DNA of 64,000 nt from Isurus oxyrinchus (Eukaryota): NCBI GenBank assembly GCA_026770705.1, contig JANJGN010000034.1, forward strand, positions 4,650,001 through 4,714,000, in the 5' to 3' direction. Shown in pieces: positions 39,801 through 52,759 of the stretch (position 1 is the first letter of the stretch; each line of letters starts with the position of its first letter). Position numbers and translations under genes: made by a program. Under the pieces are notes generated by a model. It saw only the letters and a list, made by a program, of their open reading frames with translations. It did not search any database and was not told the origin of the DNA.

Positions 39801-42800
39801 ATTTTAAGTCTTGCATGGTTTGTAGCCTCACTGCTTCCAACTTATAGTACAACAATTCGTTGGGACAGAATGTTCTGCATGGAGAAGGGAATGAGCGAAA
39901 TATTGTAGCATAGGTTCGTACCAGAAATAAAAAGACAGCGCAAAATGGAAGTCACACGTTAAGAATTTCAGGCAGCCGATCGGAAGTTAAGAAGTCGGAC
40001 CTTGAATGTGGAAAATTCTGCATTATTCACAGTGTCACTTATTAGCGGGTATAGCAGAAGGATCATGGCAACCTTCATTGCGTGGCATGATGCCTTCTGC
40101 ATAACGGGGTTATACAGGTTTTCTGAGCACTACAGCACACCTGCTGCAAGTGACACCTGTTCAATTTGACTGTGTTGCACATAAGTAAAACTGAAACGAG
40201 TGATCGGTGGCCAGGTTTAGTTGTTGTAATGAGAATGGTGCAACACTGAATAGCAAATGACTTGGCATCAAACAGAATGGTAAAACAGGGTAATATCGTG
40301 CATGAACTGATTTGATTGCGCAGAAATACCAGAGAAGGAAGCAAATTGAATTGTTGCAAAACTAGGAGCATGAGGAAATCAAATCATTTGGAAAATGTGT
40401 GAAACGTTTCGCAAAAATGTTGAAATATGAGGTTGATGATCAACAGTGGCCTTCCAAATTATGACGTGCATTAAGCAGGTATTTTTTTTTTTTTAATGTG
40501 ACTGAGACAACTGGATGGTCATTGTCCACGTATTGTTTTATATTCAGAAATGTTTGGTAAGCAAAAGCGGATGTCAGTTGGAAAACTGCTTAGAAAATTT
40601 AAAACATATATATATAGTATTGGATAGAGCGTATGTGATTCTCCCAGCAATGGTTGAATACATGTCATCTTCTTCTCTTACTCCTCCTCCTCCTTCTTCT
40701 TCTTCTTCTTCTTCTTCTTCTTCTTCTTCTTCTTCTTCTTCTTCTTCTTCTTCTTCTTCTTCTTCTTCTTTTTCATTATTTGTAGCCCACTCCTAATTTC
40801 ACTAGTGAATGTCGTGATGACTACCAATGTAACTCGCTGCAGATCATCTGGTGCAGGTATAGCCGGAATACTATAATAGAGCGACACCGATGAACATTAT
40901 GCAGCGACAATGCAGGAACAGAGATATAATTTCAAGTGAAGATGATGTGTGGCTAGGAAGGTAAGTGGCAGGTGGTGCTGTTCCCATTCGTCTACGGCTC
41001 TTTTTCCTGTAAGAATTGGGAGGTGTGTAAGGTGTTGGCCAGAAAGCCTTTTTGAGGTGAGAATTGTGTGTACTACACTGCTGCCAATCTGCATCGGTGG
41101 TGCAAGGAAATAATGTTTAACTGCGGGAAATTGGGTACTGTCCAAGCACACGGCATTTTCCTCAATGCTTTGCGGATTATTAAGGTTTGCCTAATGCACA
41201 CTCATCCAGGGAATGGTCTGAGATCTATTTAACTGACATCACTGGAAGTCAATCTACCACTTTGGTAATAATGGGGTGGTGGACGCCATAACACCCATTA
41301 TGAACTACCAAACAAGGAGATATTATAACGCTGAAACATAATGCTTAATATAATTTCAAATTTAATGTATGCATCATTTTAGCTAAGAAATTCTAATCTT
41401 TGCAGCGGGATCAACGTGTACTGTTAGAAGCATGAATATGATCTGAGAGAATGTCACTGCATAAAACAAAATTGCATCAATGCAACCGCAAAGCATTCAA
41501 TTAAAATGATTGAAAATTAGGGCCTTAGAAATCGAAGTGATACAGCTTTCAATTAACAAAGCTAGGGCATTTCCTTTTCTCACATTATTCCTAATGTAAT
41601 TATGATAACGAATAATTTATCTCTCATATACTTATCTAGTTTATAGTCGTCAGCCCCTTTTAGCCAACATTCCCTAAGTTTCAGAAATTTTGAGCTTTGA
41701 TTGGGTTTAAACAAATTGGCAAAATATTGGAAAAGTCATGTTTTTAACAAGCAAATTGTGCAAGCTCCTTGATTCAATTCCATAATATTGCATCTCATCA
41801 TGGCAGGTGGCGGAGAAAGCAAATCAAATATTTTTTTTTTATATTCTATTTCCTTACTTAGCTGGATGGCAAAAGAAAATTTGCTCTTCACTTCAATCCC
41901 TCCACCAAGATGCGTGTTGCATATTTCCATTACTCTTTGGGGAAACAAGATTCTGCATAATCCCCTATTGGCTTAATCAACGTTTGGTCAACATTCTCAG
42001 CTCTTACTCTTACGTGTCCACTGGCCGGACAATATGTTCCATGTTTACCATAACATTTTTTTTAATTGTGCTAACTAATTCTAATTTGGCCCCTCTAATT
42101 TTTCTCATTTATTGGTAAAGAAAAATGCCAGAACTTTGACCCCTACTGACCTCTTATGTGTTTAGACTCATCTATTCTTCAGTTCCGGGAGAATTCTTGT
42201 ATAAATTACATTTTTGTTTTTCATAGAGAAAGGCCTGAACCAGAAAAATCTTGGTAATTACATGAATTACATACCGGTTATGTGACATGCTGGAATATCT
42301 AACCATTCTCCAATTACACTCCCTACCTACTGTTAAGTTCCATTGACATTTGTAGAGCTGATCATTTGAAGAGCAACATTGGAGGTCACGAAGATTTGCC
42401 GCATTTTTAGCGCTATTGTTCGATGGATGTAATAGTACTTAAATATTGAGAAATGTTCCCCACATTTCAACATCATTGCAGTTTATAGGTCATGCTTAAG
42501 AGAGGTAGGAAGAGGTGTTGAGAGCTATGATAAGGACACCGATAAAGTGAAATTAAATGCGGATCAGCCTGTCAATAAGTGCATACATTGCTCTATAGCC
42601 GGGCAAGATGGGCTACATCCTTACTGTAATAAAATTATATAATTGCGTTATTCAGTTGTAGCATTACTCACTGCTTGATCGCCTATGCATTGGACTCGGT
42701 GCATATGGAATATGTTAAGGAACTAAGAGATGGAGTAAAACAGCTAAATTAATAACAATTGGCATTTTCGATTTTCAAGAAATTGAGTAGACAGAAAATG

Positions 42801-45800
42801 TTGGTTCAATATTTACATTAACTATTTTGTCGTTCTAATTAAAAGGAAGTGCATTTTTATTGCGTAATGTTTATATTTGGGCCTTAGCCACATGACCCCA
42901 CACTCCACTCTGCTGTTCAAAACTTGAGAGAGTTTGTGCTGTCAATGCCACTCCTGATCCTTGACTTCGCTGATTCAAGAAACCAATCCCAGGACGAATA
43001 TTTTATTTTCCCTCTCCGGTGGACATAAATGCTCTCAAGGCGACGTTTTAGAGAAATACAGGGGAGTAATCGAATGTTTATTGTGCAGAATGTTTTCATT
43101 AATCAGCTACAAGTTAGCTTGTTTTTGCATTGAATCAATTGTTCATTTGCAATCAGCGCTGAACGCCATGTCTGCATAGTCCCGAAATTGAAAAAAGGAA
43201 ATATATCGAATAGTTTTGAAGGAATACTGGAACACGTGGAGTATGGATTAACAAATACAATCCAAAAAGTTCTGTAATCCAAATTTAAATTCACTCACAC
43301 ATTCCTGGAGAACTATAGGCATAGCATATAGCCACAGTAAACTCTCAGCTGTGACTTGAAACTGAAAGAAAGACTTTGATGCAAACATTTTTTTCCGACA
43401 TCAGTGTTGCCCATAGGTATGTATTTCCCAGGTTTGGTATCATTATAGGTAATGAAATAGGGGAAAATTTAGATTATTTCTGATGATGTTTCAGTGTTAA
43501 ATGTCGGCTGTGGTACAGCAGAATTTATTTCCCAAACTGAGTAATGAAAAATTTAATGTCCTAGGAGAGATGTTACAATTTGCACAGTGCAAGAATGGAG
43601 CTTCAGTGTCAAATTTTCATTCAATTCTTAGGAGTGGGAATTGAACCCAAGGTCTTTGCACTCAAATAGAAGAGTGTCAACAACTACTGCCTGGCATTAT
43701 AACAGCATTGATTTTCCGGGAGGTTAAAAAAGAAAGAAAAATCTAGAGATTGACTCTCTGAGGCTTGGTTCGTGTTAATCCATGACCAATCATTCAACAG
43801 CAAATTATATCCTGTATGATGATGGATAAAATAATCCCGACAATAGTTTACTGAGAGAAGTGCACAATTTCGAATATCTTAACGACCATCTGTTATGCTG
43901 AGATCTTGATATTCATTTCTACATTAGTCGGTTGATTTGAAGATTAAGGTTGTGTTTCTAATAGGGAGACAGAAAGATTCCCCTTATTTCCTTCTGAACA
44001 CAATGCAAATGGCTCCCATATTACCTGCCTTCTTAGGTGTAAAATTTTCCAAACAATTTTCTTTGAAGATTATTCCTGAAGACATTGATTGGTTTAATTG
44101 TTGCTACTTATAGAAAGCAAGTTGAAGACTCAACAAACAGGTATGCCTTGTTTGCGGATGGTTTCGTGTCAAAAAGTAGAAATGAGAATGCGGACAAAAA
44201 TGTTCATAAAGCAGATAGCATAACCGAGGTGGTGTTAATACCCATAAATAGGAAAACAAAGAATTCTGGTTACCAAACTTTTGGACCACGTATAAAGGCT
44301 TACCATATAGGAAGGATTATGGCAAATAAAAGTGTAAAGTCCTTGAATTTATTCGCAAGCCTGAGGAGATGCAATGTCAAATCAATGGGCTGGCTGCATG
44401 AAAGATACACCTGTTGTTGTGGAATCACAAGTATTCAAACGTGGCAAGGTAAGCTGAAAGCAGGTTATATGGTAAACGTCGAGAAAAATGTAAACCTATC
44501 CATCTCCGTCGCTCAATAAGTTCATGACTTAACTTCATGCTGACTAATACAATTTGGCCCCTTCTACATATGTCTTGACATTCTTAGCAATCAAAAGAAT
44601 GTCCAATGTTTTCCTACAGAACATTCACAGTCCTGTCTAGTCAGTAATTCAAAGCAATAAACCCTGAGCGCGACCAAGGAACTTGTTTCACCTCTGCTGC
44701 GCCGAACATTCCAAATCACATCTTGTATTCTTGTGGCTCTTGGTTCTGCACTGCACAGCTAACCAGAATTCAATCCAGATTGTGTTCTGACAAAGGCGCT
44801 AAAATGATCATTTAACTCAAATCTCATTCTTGTAAATTGTAGGGGATAGACTATGATTCAATCCAGTCGGATGTCTCGCAATGGTCGTCTGCTGCTGGTA
44901 AATGCAAAATGGAATAGCTGCAGTACGTGTCGAGCGGATGACAATTGAGCAATTATAAGGAGCTATATACCATCAGCAGAAATAGAATAGTAGTCAAACG
45001 CAATCACTAAACTTCACTGGTAGGAGTCTTATCCAGTGCAAAGTAAGATGATGGTGGTTGTTAGAATTACGTTGAAAGCCTTATTCTAGTGCTGTTTGCA
45101 TGAGATACTCCTGTTTGTGTGGGTTTAAGCCGACTGTTTCTGTTTCGTTGCACCGTTCAAAGAGGTACTGGTTAGGTTGATTTGCTATGGCAAATTGCCC
45201 AGTAGTGCGTGTGTCATTGTGTGTTCCTCTGCGTGTGTGCCCTGTGATGTACTATAGTTCCATTCTGGAGGTACCTCGCCTAGAACCCATTGCCTGTCAG
45301 GATAAGTGCAAGTTCCCCTCAACTCTGGATCGCTTGAAGAGCTTCCGGGGAAGCGAGTGAGTGAATTATTTTGTGTGTTGTGCTAGACCAAATATTTTCA
45401 GACATGACACCAATACCAATAACCTTCCATCAATAATATTGTCAGAAGCAGGGAGGTTCCCTGATGATTGCCCGATTTAATTACCATTCACCCGCATACA
45501 GAAAGGCACAGGAAATAGTCTGCCTTAGGGATCTAGTAGAGTTATCTTTTCTATTACACAATTTGCCAGGGAATGCCGACCTCTAACGTGAAAATCTTTC
45601 CAATTCTCCCCTTGCATTTGAAAGATATTGCCATCGCTGCATCACTGACCATGGACATATTTGGGATTCGGATTTCGGATTCAAATAAATGGGCAGCCAT
45701 ATATGCGTTTTATGTCCAGCAACAAACCAGACTTTGATTATTCTATGCCGAGTCACTCAGTGCTGATACAACAAATCATTTTCACAATCGTCAAAGCGTA

Positions 45801-48800
45801 ATTTAGGAGAGTGACGGACTAGCTCCACCTCCCTGAATGAATGCATTTTCACAACATTCAAAAGTCTTGAAGCCAACCAGGGGAATGCAGCCCATTTGAT
45901 CTACAGTTCGTCTGACACTTTGAACAGCATCTCCTGAAGCTTCGAATGCACAATGACTTCGAACTGTGACATTGGCAAAGTGCACAGCACAAGTACACCA
46001 AGCATCCTTCAACATACTTACGTAAACAAAAGCTTTATCATCTACAATGATAATGTGAGTTGACTCAGGGTGTCATCACCATTTGTGACTGCCTCTTTGG
46101 AAGATGCCTCTCCATCCATGTTTGCCAATGGCTTGCGATTACTAATCCAAACATGAAAGCTTCACTTAGTGTGATTTCAACCTGACCCATTTGGACATGC
46201 ACCCAACAATCCAGTGAGCTTTGCTTCCTTGCTTAACCAAAAGGTTCCTTTGCCTTCAATGATCGAATTTGCGTCAGGTCCCAGTTTGTGCCTCCTGCCC
46301 ACCAAACTAACAGATATTACAATGCCAATCCATTCTTCCACAGAAGCTGAAAAACTGAACAGCGACCTCGAAGATTGTGGTAAGTCATAAAAACTGCAGC
46401 CAACGATGCTTATCTGTCACAAAGACCCGCTTATTCACGCCTCTATCACGATTCCACAAAAATTCGAAAGTATAAACAGGCATTCTGTCCAACTAGTTGC
46501 TTCTGGGCTTCATATTGTACTCGAGGCTCCTCTAGCAGCTTGTTTCAAAGCCAACCAGCATCTCCTTCAAATCTTTCTTTACTCATAGGCATGTCTACTT
46601 ACTATGTGCATAAATCCTATTTGTCTCAACCAGTCAATGGCATTGGCTTCCCACCCTCTTTTCACATATAAATGGCTATCATATTATCAGTGGGTTTAAG
46701 GTGTTTAAATAAAGACTAATGTTTGTTTTTGGGACATATTTTTAAATTCAAGAACCTTCCTCTTGTACCCCTCTCCTACATTCAAAGAGCTTACCATTGA
46801 TCAGTGAAATGGACAATCAGCTTTTTCGACTATATCTCTTTGGTTTCGAAAGTTTTTTTTATTACATATGATGGTGACCCGATGTTTGCAGAGAAAAAAA
46901 AAAGTACAATTAGGGACAACACTGAAAAAGTTAGCGAGGTGACATCAACCACAGATGCTTCGCTCAGAGATATGGATCCCTGCAACAATGAAGTAGGGCA
47001 TACAGCATCCTGTATAGGAAGCATTTTCTATTTTTTCTCAGCAGCTACCTAAATAGTCCATCTACATCACTCTTTCTTCGGCGTTACGATAATCAAGCCC
47101 CACCCACACCCCACCCACTCAACACATTTTCCATGCTTTAGCAATTGAAGAGGAACACTGAAACAAGAGGTGTATTATTGCCCATTCGTGCCTGCGGCAC
47201 AATTCACCACGAAGGTTGTTGACCGACAGCATTTCATCATTAGGCGTATTTGACCGATGTCCTTTAATATTACTGACAATGTGAACGGGCAGCATAGTGA
47301 CTAGTAGGTATAAATTCATTTCCACTATAGCCACTGAAGAAATTGGACAGTATAATTTAGTGAATCTTATTGTTTATGTTACTTGAACAATTATGCATGT
47401 TTTCTTAGAATTAAAGTTCTCCAATAATCAAAAGGGTAAGGGTAGAGTTACTTTAATTGTTCAATATATACTAATTACTTGTTATAATTATGAGCATTCT
47501 TCAAGTTATAAGAAAGTACTTTTTTTTTTACTCTGTGACATTCAGTTAAAAGGAATATGCGCAGAGCATCATTGTGGCTGCTGATACATTCGAAAATCAT
47601 TCTCTGGCCGTTGTCACATCAATCACTATTGCCCCTGTCCACAATTATTTATGCAGCCCAATTATGTTGCTCCTCTAGGCAGGGATATTCCATTCTGGCT
47701 ACGAACGAAATGGGATAGCAAAATCTTTCAATGGCAGGCCCGGATTATGTGGTGAATTCGGACGAAGAGAGGGCACGGCCCCATTTAGGACAGTACCTAT
47801 GCCAAGAGGTAATGTTATGAACGCCTCAAGTGTTTCATTAAATTAATGGATGCGTGATTGCGTCCGTGAATGTTTGAAGGAGTGAGTGAGAGAGTCATTC
47901 TGTGTGTGAGAAAGTAAGTAGGCTATGGGTCGTGTTAGTGGCTGAATGAGTGTTTCAGTGAGTCGGTTCATAACTATCGGATCGAGGGGATGGGAGAGGC
48001 ATGAGTGGATGGGTGTCAGATAGGTTGAATGGCCCGTCGGACGTGCCATCACCACGAATCTTGTCTGGCTCTGTCAAGTAGATGATAGCCAATTCAGTTC
48101 AGAGAGATTGATAACTCCGCTTATTGGGGGAAGGAGTGCCGATTGTGGAGATCCTTGCAGTTTTAGTGAGCAATTCCTAATTACGCCAGAGATTAAGCAG
48201 CATAGGTTTACCAGAGCAATATTTAGGGTAAGGTCCATGACGTGAGCGCAATCTGCATCTGACAATCAGGGGTATATGCTGAAAAGAGCACATGTGTGCC
48301 AAATGTCAGCCGTTCCGATTTTAAAATGCCCAGGACAATACGTTCTGGATGGTAAAATTAAAGGTCCAGTATTTGATTGTGGCTTGGTTGATGAACGAGG
48401 GAATTGCTTATTGATTAATTGAGATAATGGATAAATTAATGTCAGAGTGGGGAAATTGGAAACAGTAGTGCCTTGGGTCGGTGGATGCACAGTTTGTGTA
48501 ATTATTTTAACGTGTTCCTTAACAGCACATGAGCGTCTCTCAATAAGCCACCATTGACTGTCCACGCAAAACTGACCTTGAAATTAAGGAGTTGATCTGT
48601 CTTCTTCAGCCTCTTCCGTCCACGTGGTGCTGGTCCATCCACAGTGATTTGGGAAGGGATGTCCAGAATTTGGACCCAGTGTCAGTGAGTAAATGGTGAC
48701 ATGGTTCAACGTAGCATCATGTGTACCTCCAAGCAGAAATTACATCTGGTCTTGTTTCCACGCATTTGTCCCAATCTTTCTAGTTGTTGAATGTCGTGTT

Positions 48801-51800
48801 CTAGGAAGGAGCTGTCGAATTAACCTTAATCAGTAGTTGCGTTGCCTAATTTAATGGCATAATTCTGCCAATGTGCATCTTCCTTGGAGTGGATGAGTGA
48901 CTAACGTGATTGGGGGGCTTCTTTTCCTGGTTAACCTCGAGCAGTTTGAGGGTTTTTGAAGATGTACTCACTGTACAGGCAGACACTATTCCATCACATG
49001 TCCAATCGTGCCTTGCTGATGGTGCATGTGTTTTTTGGAGTCGAGAGATGATTTTGTCGCTGCCTAACTTCCCAAACCTGACTTGATCTTGCATAAGCAT
49101 TTTTAATAAGGATCGACAATTTAAAGTTATGAAAAATTTAACTCCCAGTATGTTAAGAATAGGGGATTCTGCGTCGCTGATTTCATTGAATGCCACGGAG
49201 AGATCCCTAAATTCTTTGTTGTAGGGACCAGTTATTTCCTGACTTTTGTTTTACTTCCAACTTTGCAGTTCCAGCCTCAATGTTGTACAGGTCAGATTGG
49301 ATATGGAAATGGATTGCTTCACTATCTGATGAGTCATGTGGTTCACTGTGCAATCCACAGTGAACATCAAGGCTTCTGACGATTTGTGGTCACAATTATA
49401 CTCATTGTATCAGCTGGATCAATTTGGTTGGAGGGCGTTTGTGTGGGCGGGAACAGTCAGTTGGGTCAGAATGAAAGTCCAGTCTGTCTTGTATTTGGCT
49501 TGGGGGCAGTTGGGTCTTGTAAGTGTCTATTGAGAGTGATTTGGGAGTTCGACTGGTGGACAGGGGTGCAGGGCTTAGTCGTGGACCTAACACACATCCC
49601 AAAGAAGAAACAAAAATATAACTTTCGCCCTTTCAAAAAAAGCAACTTACCACTGCTCCCGATTTCATACCGCACAGCAAATTTGACTTCCATCTTGCAA
49701 CTGTCCTTTCCATTCCATTCGTTCATATTTGTTGTGAGATAATTTATCAAATGTAGGGCACAACTCCAGAGGGAGTTCATGAACAAATTGATTTTGTTGG
49801 TTATGCACATGAACAATTGAAAATGTAATATACGTTTGCTGCACTTGTTAATAAAACTTGTATCATCTCAGGCACAGAGCAAAATACTAAGGAAACTAAA
49901 TTTCTATAGACAGAGGCGCGTCCTCAACTTGGATTGTTTCAAATTCTGGGTGCCACTCTTCTGAAGGATGTGAGGGCATTAGATATCATTCATAAGGCGA
50001 TTTCACAAGAATGTTTCCAATAATGCTGGGCTTCATTTGTGTAGAAAGCTTACAGAAGTTTGGATTGTTTTTTTTTGAGGATGAGAAGATTGAAAGTCGA
50101 TGTCATACAGATATTCAAGGCTCTGTAGGGAAAACTAGTTTCATTGATGGAAGTATCAAGAAGAGCACAACACTGATGTAATTTAATTGGCAAATGAAGC
50201 AAAGCCATCCTGAGGTTAATCATTTTTCCTAAGATCTGTGGTTAAGATGTAAAATACACTGCCTCAGGTCTTCGTGGAGGAGTGGCCTAGTGAGGCACTA
50301 ATGAAGGAATTGAATTAATTTCTGAAAATAATGATTGTGCAGTGCCATGGTGAGAAGATGGGAGAAGATGCACAAGGTACCTTTGGAGATACAACACACA
50401 AACAAAGGAAAGTTTGGTTTTTCCTGGTGATGTATGCATTGTATAATTCTTTGTGACGGTATTAATTAAACTTATTCAAGATTTGATGTTTTCACAGGGT
50501 GAAAGATGGGCCTTATAGAGCATTGAAGTAGAATGACCCACAGTTAGGAAAGGCAACTATACGTGCTTCTGCATTTGATAAACAATGGTAGGACTGAAAG
50601 CTGGAAAAAATAGAGTTGTGGGCATAAACAGGTTTAGAGATGATCTGGATATATGATACTTTTTCTGTATGCAGCACAAGACAAATTTGACACATGCTAC
50701 ATTGGGTTTGTAATTTATTTGATATGTTCGTTGGTGTATATAAAGCGGGGCTCCTTTCTGATAACATTAAGTTCTTGCATGTATCTAGCCCCTACACCGT
50801 CACAAAGTATCCCATGTCACTTCGCAGAAGAATTATCAAAATGTTATTCAAAGCAACATAATGAGATAAGCTGCTTAATAACTCCTGCGAAAAAGCCACT
50901 TTGACCATGTTTCTCAATTAAGGTAACTATATAAATAAATGTTGAACTGAAACCAATCGTTCACTACATTTATATTTGCTACAAAACATAATTTTTTTAA
51001 AAAAGCCTCTAAAACATCAATGGCAAAAAAAGTTGTCTGGGCCCATGCCTGCAATTTCCTTTCAACAGGAAAACTGATATCAAAAGCAACTGAATGCAGC
51101 AGGATTGAATATCAATAAACTTTTAATGCAAACGAGTTCCTGAACAATGCAAGACAGATGTCTTCATATTGACACCATAAAACATGTAAGCATTATTATT
51201 GTGATTTGTCACCAACTCTATTAATTACGACAGTCACAAAAAACGTTCTGGTGGCCAACGTTTCTTTTGTCTACACATGACAGTTTTCTTCATGAGCTAC
51301 CTATCAATTTTCCTAATTGGGACGCCACCCATCTGTTTGTGCACTACCAGATTCTGCGTGCTCCAGTTACACAAATGTGCCACAATTCTGTTCGTTCCAC
51401 TTTACCACCTTTTTTTTCATGTAGGCTTTTCATATTTTATATTCAAAGGCTCATTATTTCTTCATTTTCAGCGATCGAGAAACTGAAGGAGAAGGTGAAG
51501 TATCTCGGTGGGTGAAGCATATTGCATTCATGCTCCTTTCGAAACCAGAAATGCTGCTGTCTTGGTTTTTGTGTCCATGATGAATTTTTGTAGTGAAACA
51601 CGTGTTAAGAATATTGTTTTCAGCTATTTTTCCGTAAAATGAATTATATTGTTATGTTACTATTCAAAAATATGAGATCCATGCATAAATTTCGAAATAG
51701 TTGTGCAAATATTATTACTGTAATGTGATATTTTCATATTTGAAATGGTGAATCAGTGTAGGCATTAAGCATAGTAATGGTGCTTCCGTCAACAAGAAAT

Positions 51801-52690
51801 GCCTCTGTGGGCCAGATGCTCCTCCATAAATTTAAGCAAGCAATCAAGACACTTATTACTCAGTGCAGTACTGTGGGAGGGATTCACTGTGGTTCTTCCA
51901 TGTCCCATCCTTTCTTCTGACGTGGATACATACGAATTAAAGTCATTATTTTTCAGGGGAGCAAGGAAGAACCCTTAGTGTCATGCATATATTTTTACTT
52001 GCACAGCGGGCCTGGACACAGAATACGTGGTAACTCATCTCAAGGCTGTGTAATTCAGCGCCCAGTGCTTCAACTGCTACCTGGTTTCCAGCATGAAATT
52101 ATTTCCGAGATTACAAATGCATTCAAATAGCTTTAAAATGTTTTGAAATGTGCAGAGGTTCTGAAAGGCAGAGCGATTAAAGTATGTCTATCTTTCTGGG
52201 TTATTTCGTTTGCACATTAGTAATTTGTTGTTCCTTCCTACTTCCTTCTCACTTTCCTTCTCGCGGCCTTCTTGAATATATCTCATTCCTAATCTATTTG
52301 ATAACTTGCACCTGCCCTTCAAATATTGAGCAACATCATACGTCACCCACAGGACATATATATCACCAAAGGGTCACTTGAGTAATCCTAATGCCTGTAT
52401 AATTATTCCTTTTAAATTATGTCTCCAATAGATCAAAAATTAAGTATGAAGGACACTGGTAAGGATTTATTGAAGATGATTCTTTGCTGGAACACCGGAT
52501 AATTGCATCGAAAATAATTGCATTTCACCGAGATGTCAACATTTAACTGTACAATTTATGTAGCACCACCCCCCACCCCCCACAACTCTTTTTTCTGTCT
52601 CTACATTTCTCTCACTTTCTCTGGCTTTATATCTTCCTATCTATATATCTATCTATCTCTAAGATCTCTCTATCCATCTATCTATCACTT

Positions 52691-52759
<69 letters not shown>

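Noticed and set aside
40515-40887. Poly-Ser and poly-Lys ORFs
   Set aside because: Translation of the (TTC)n microsatellite.
43405-43416. 12-nt candidate microexon VLPI with AG|gtatgt
   Set aside because: Contains Pro and breaks the heptad phase; short AG-GT pairs arise by chance.
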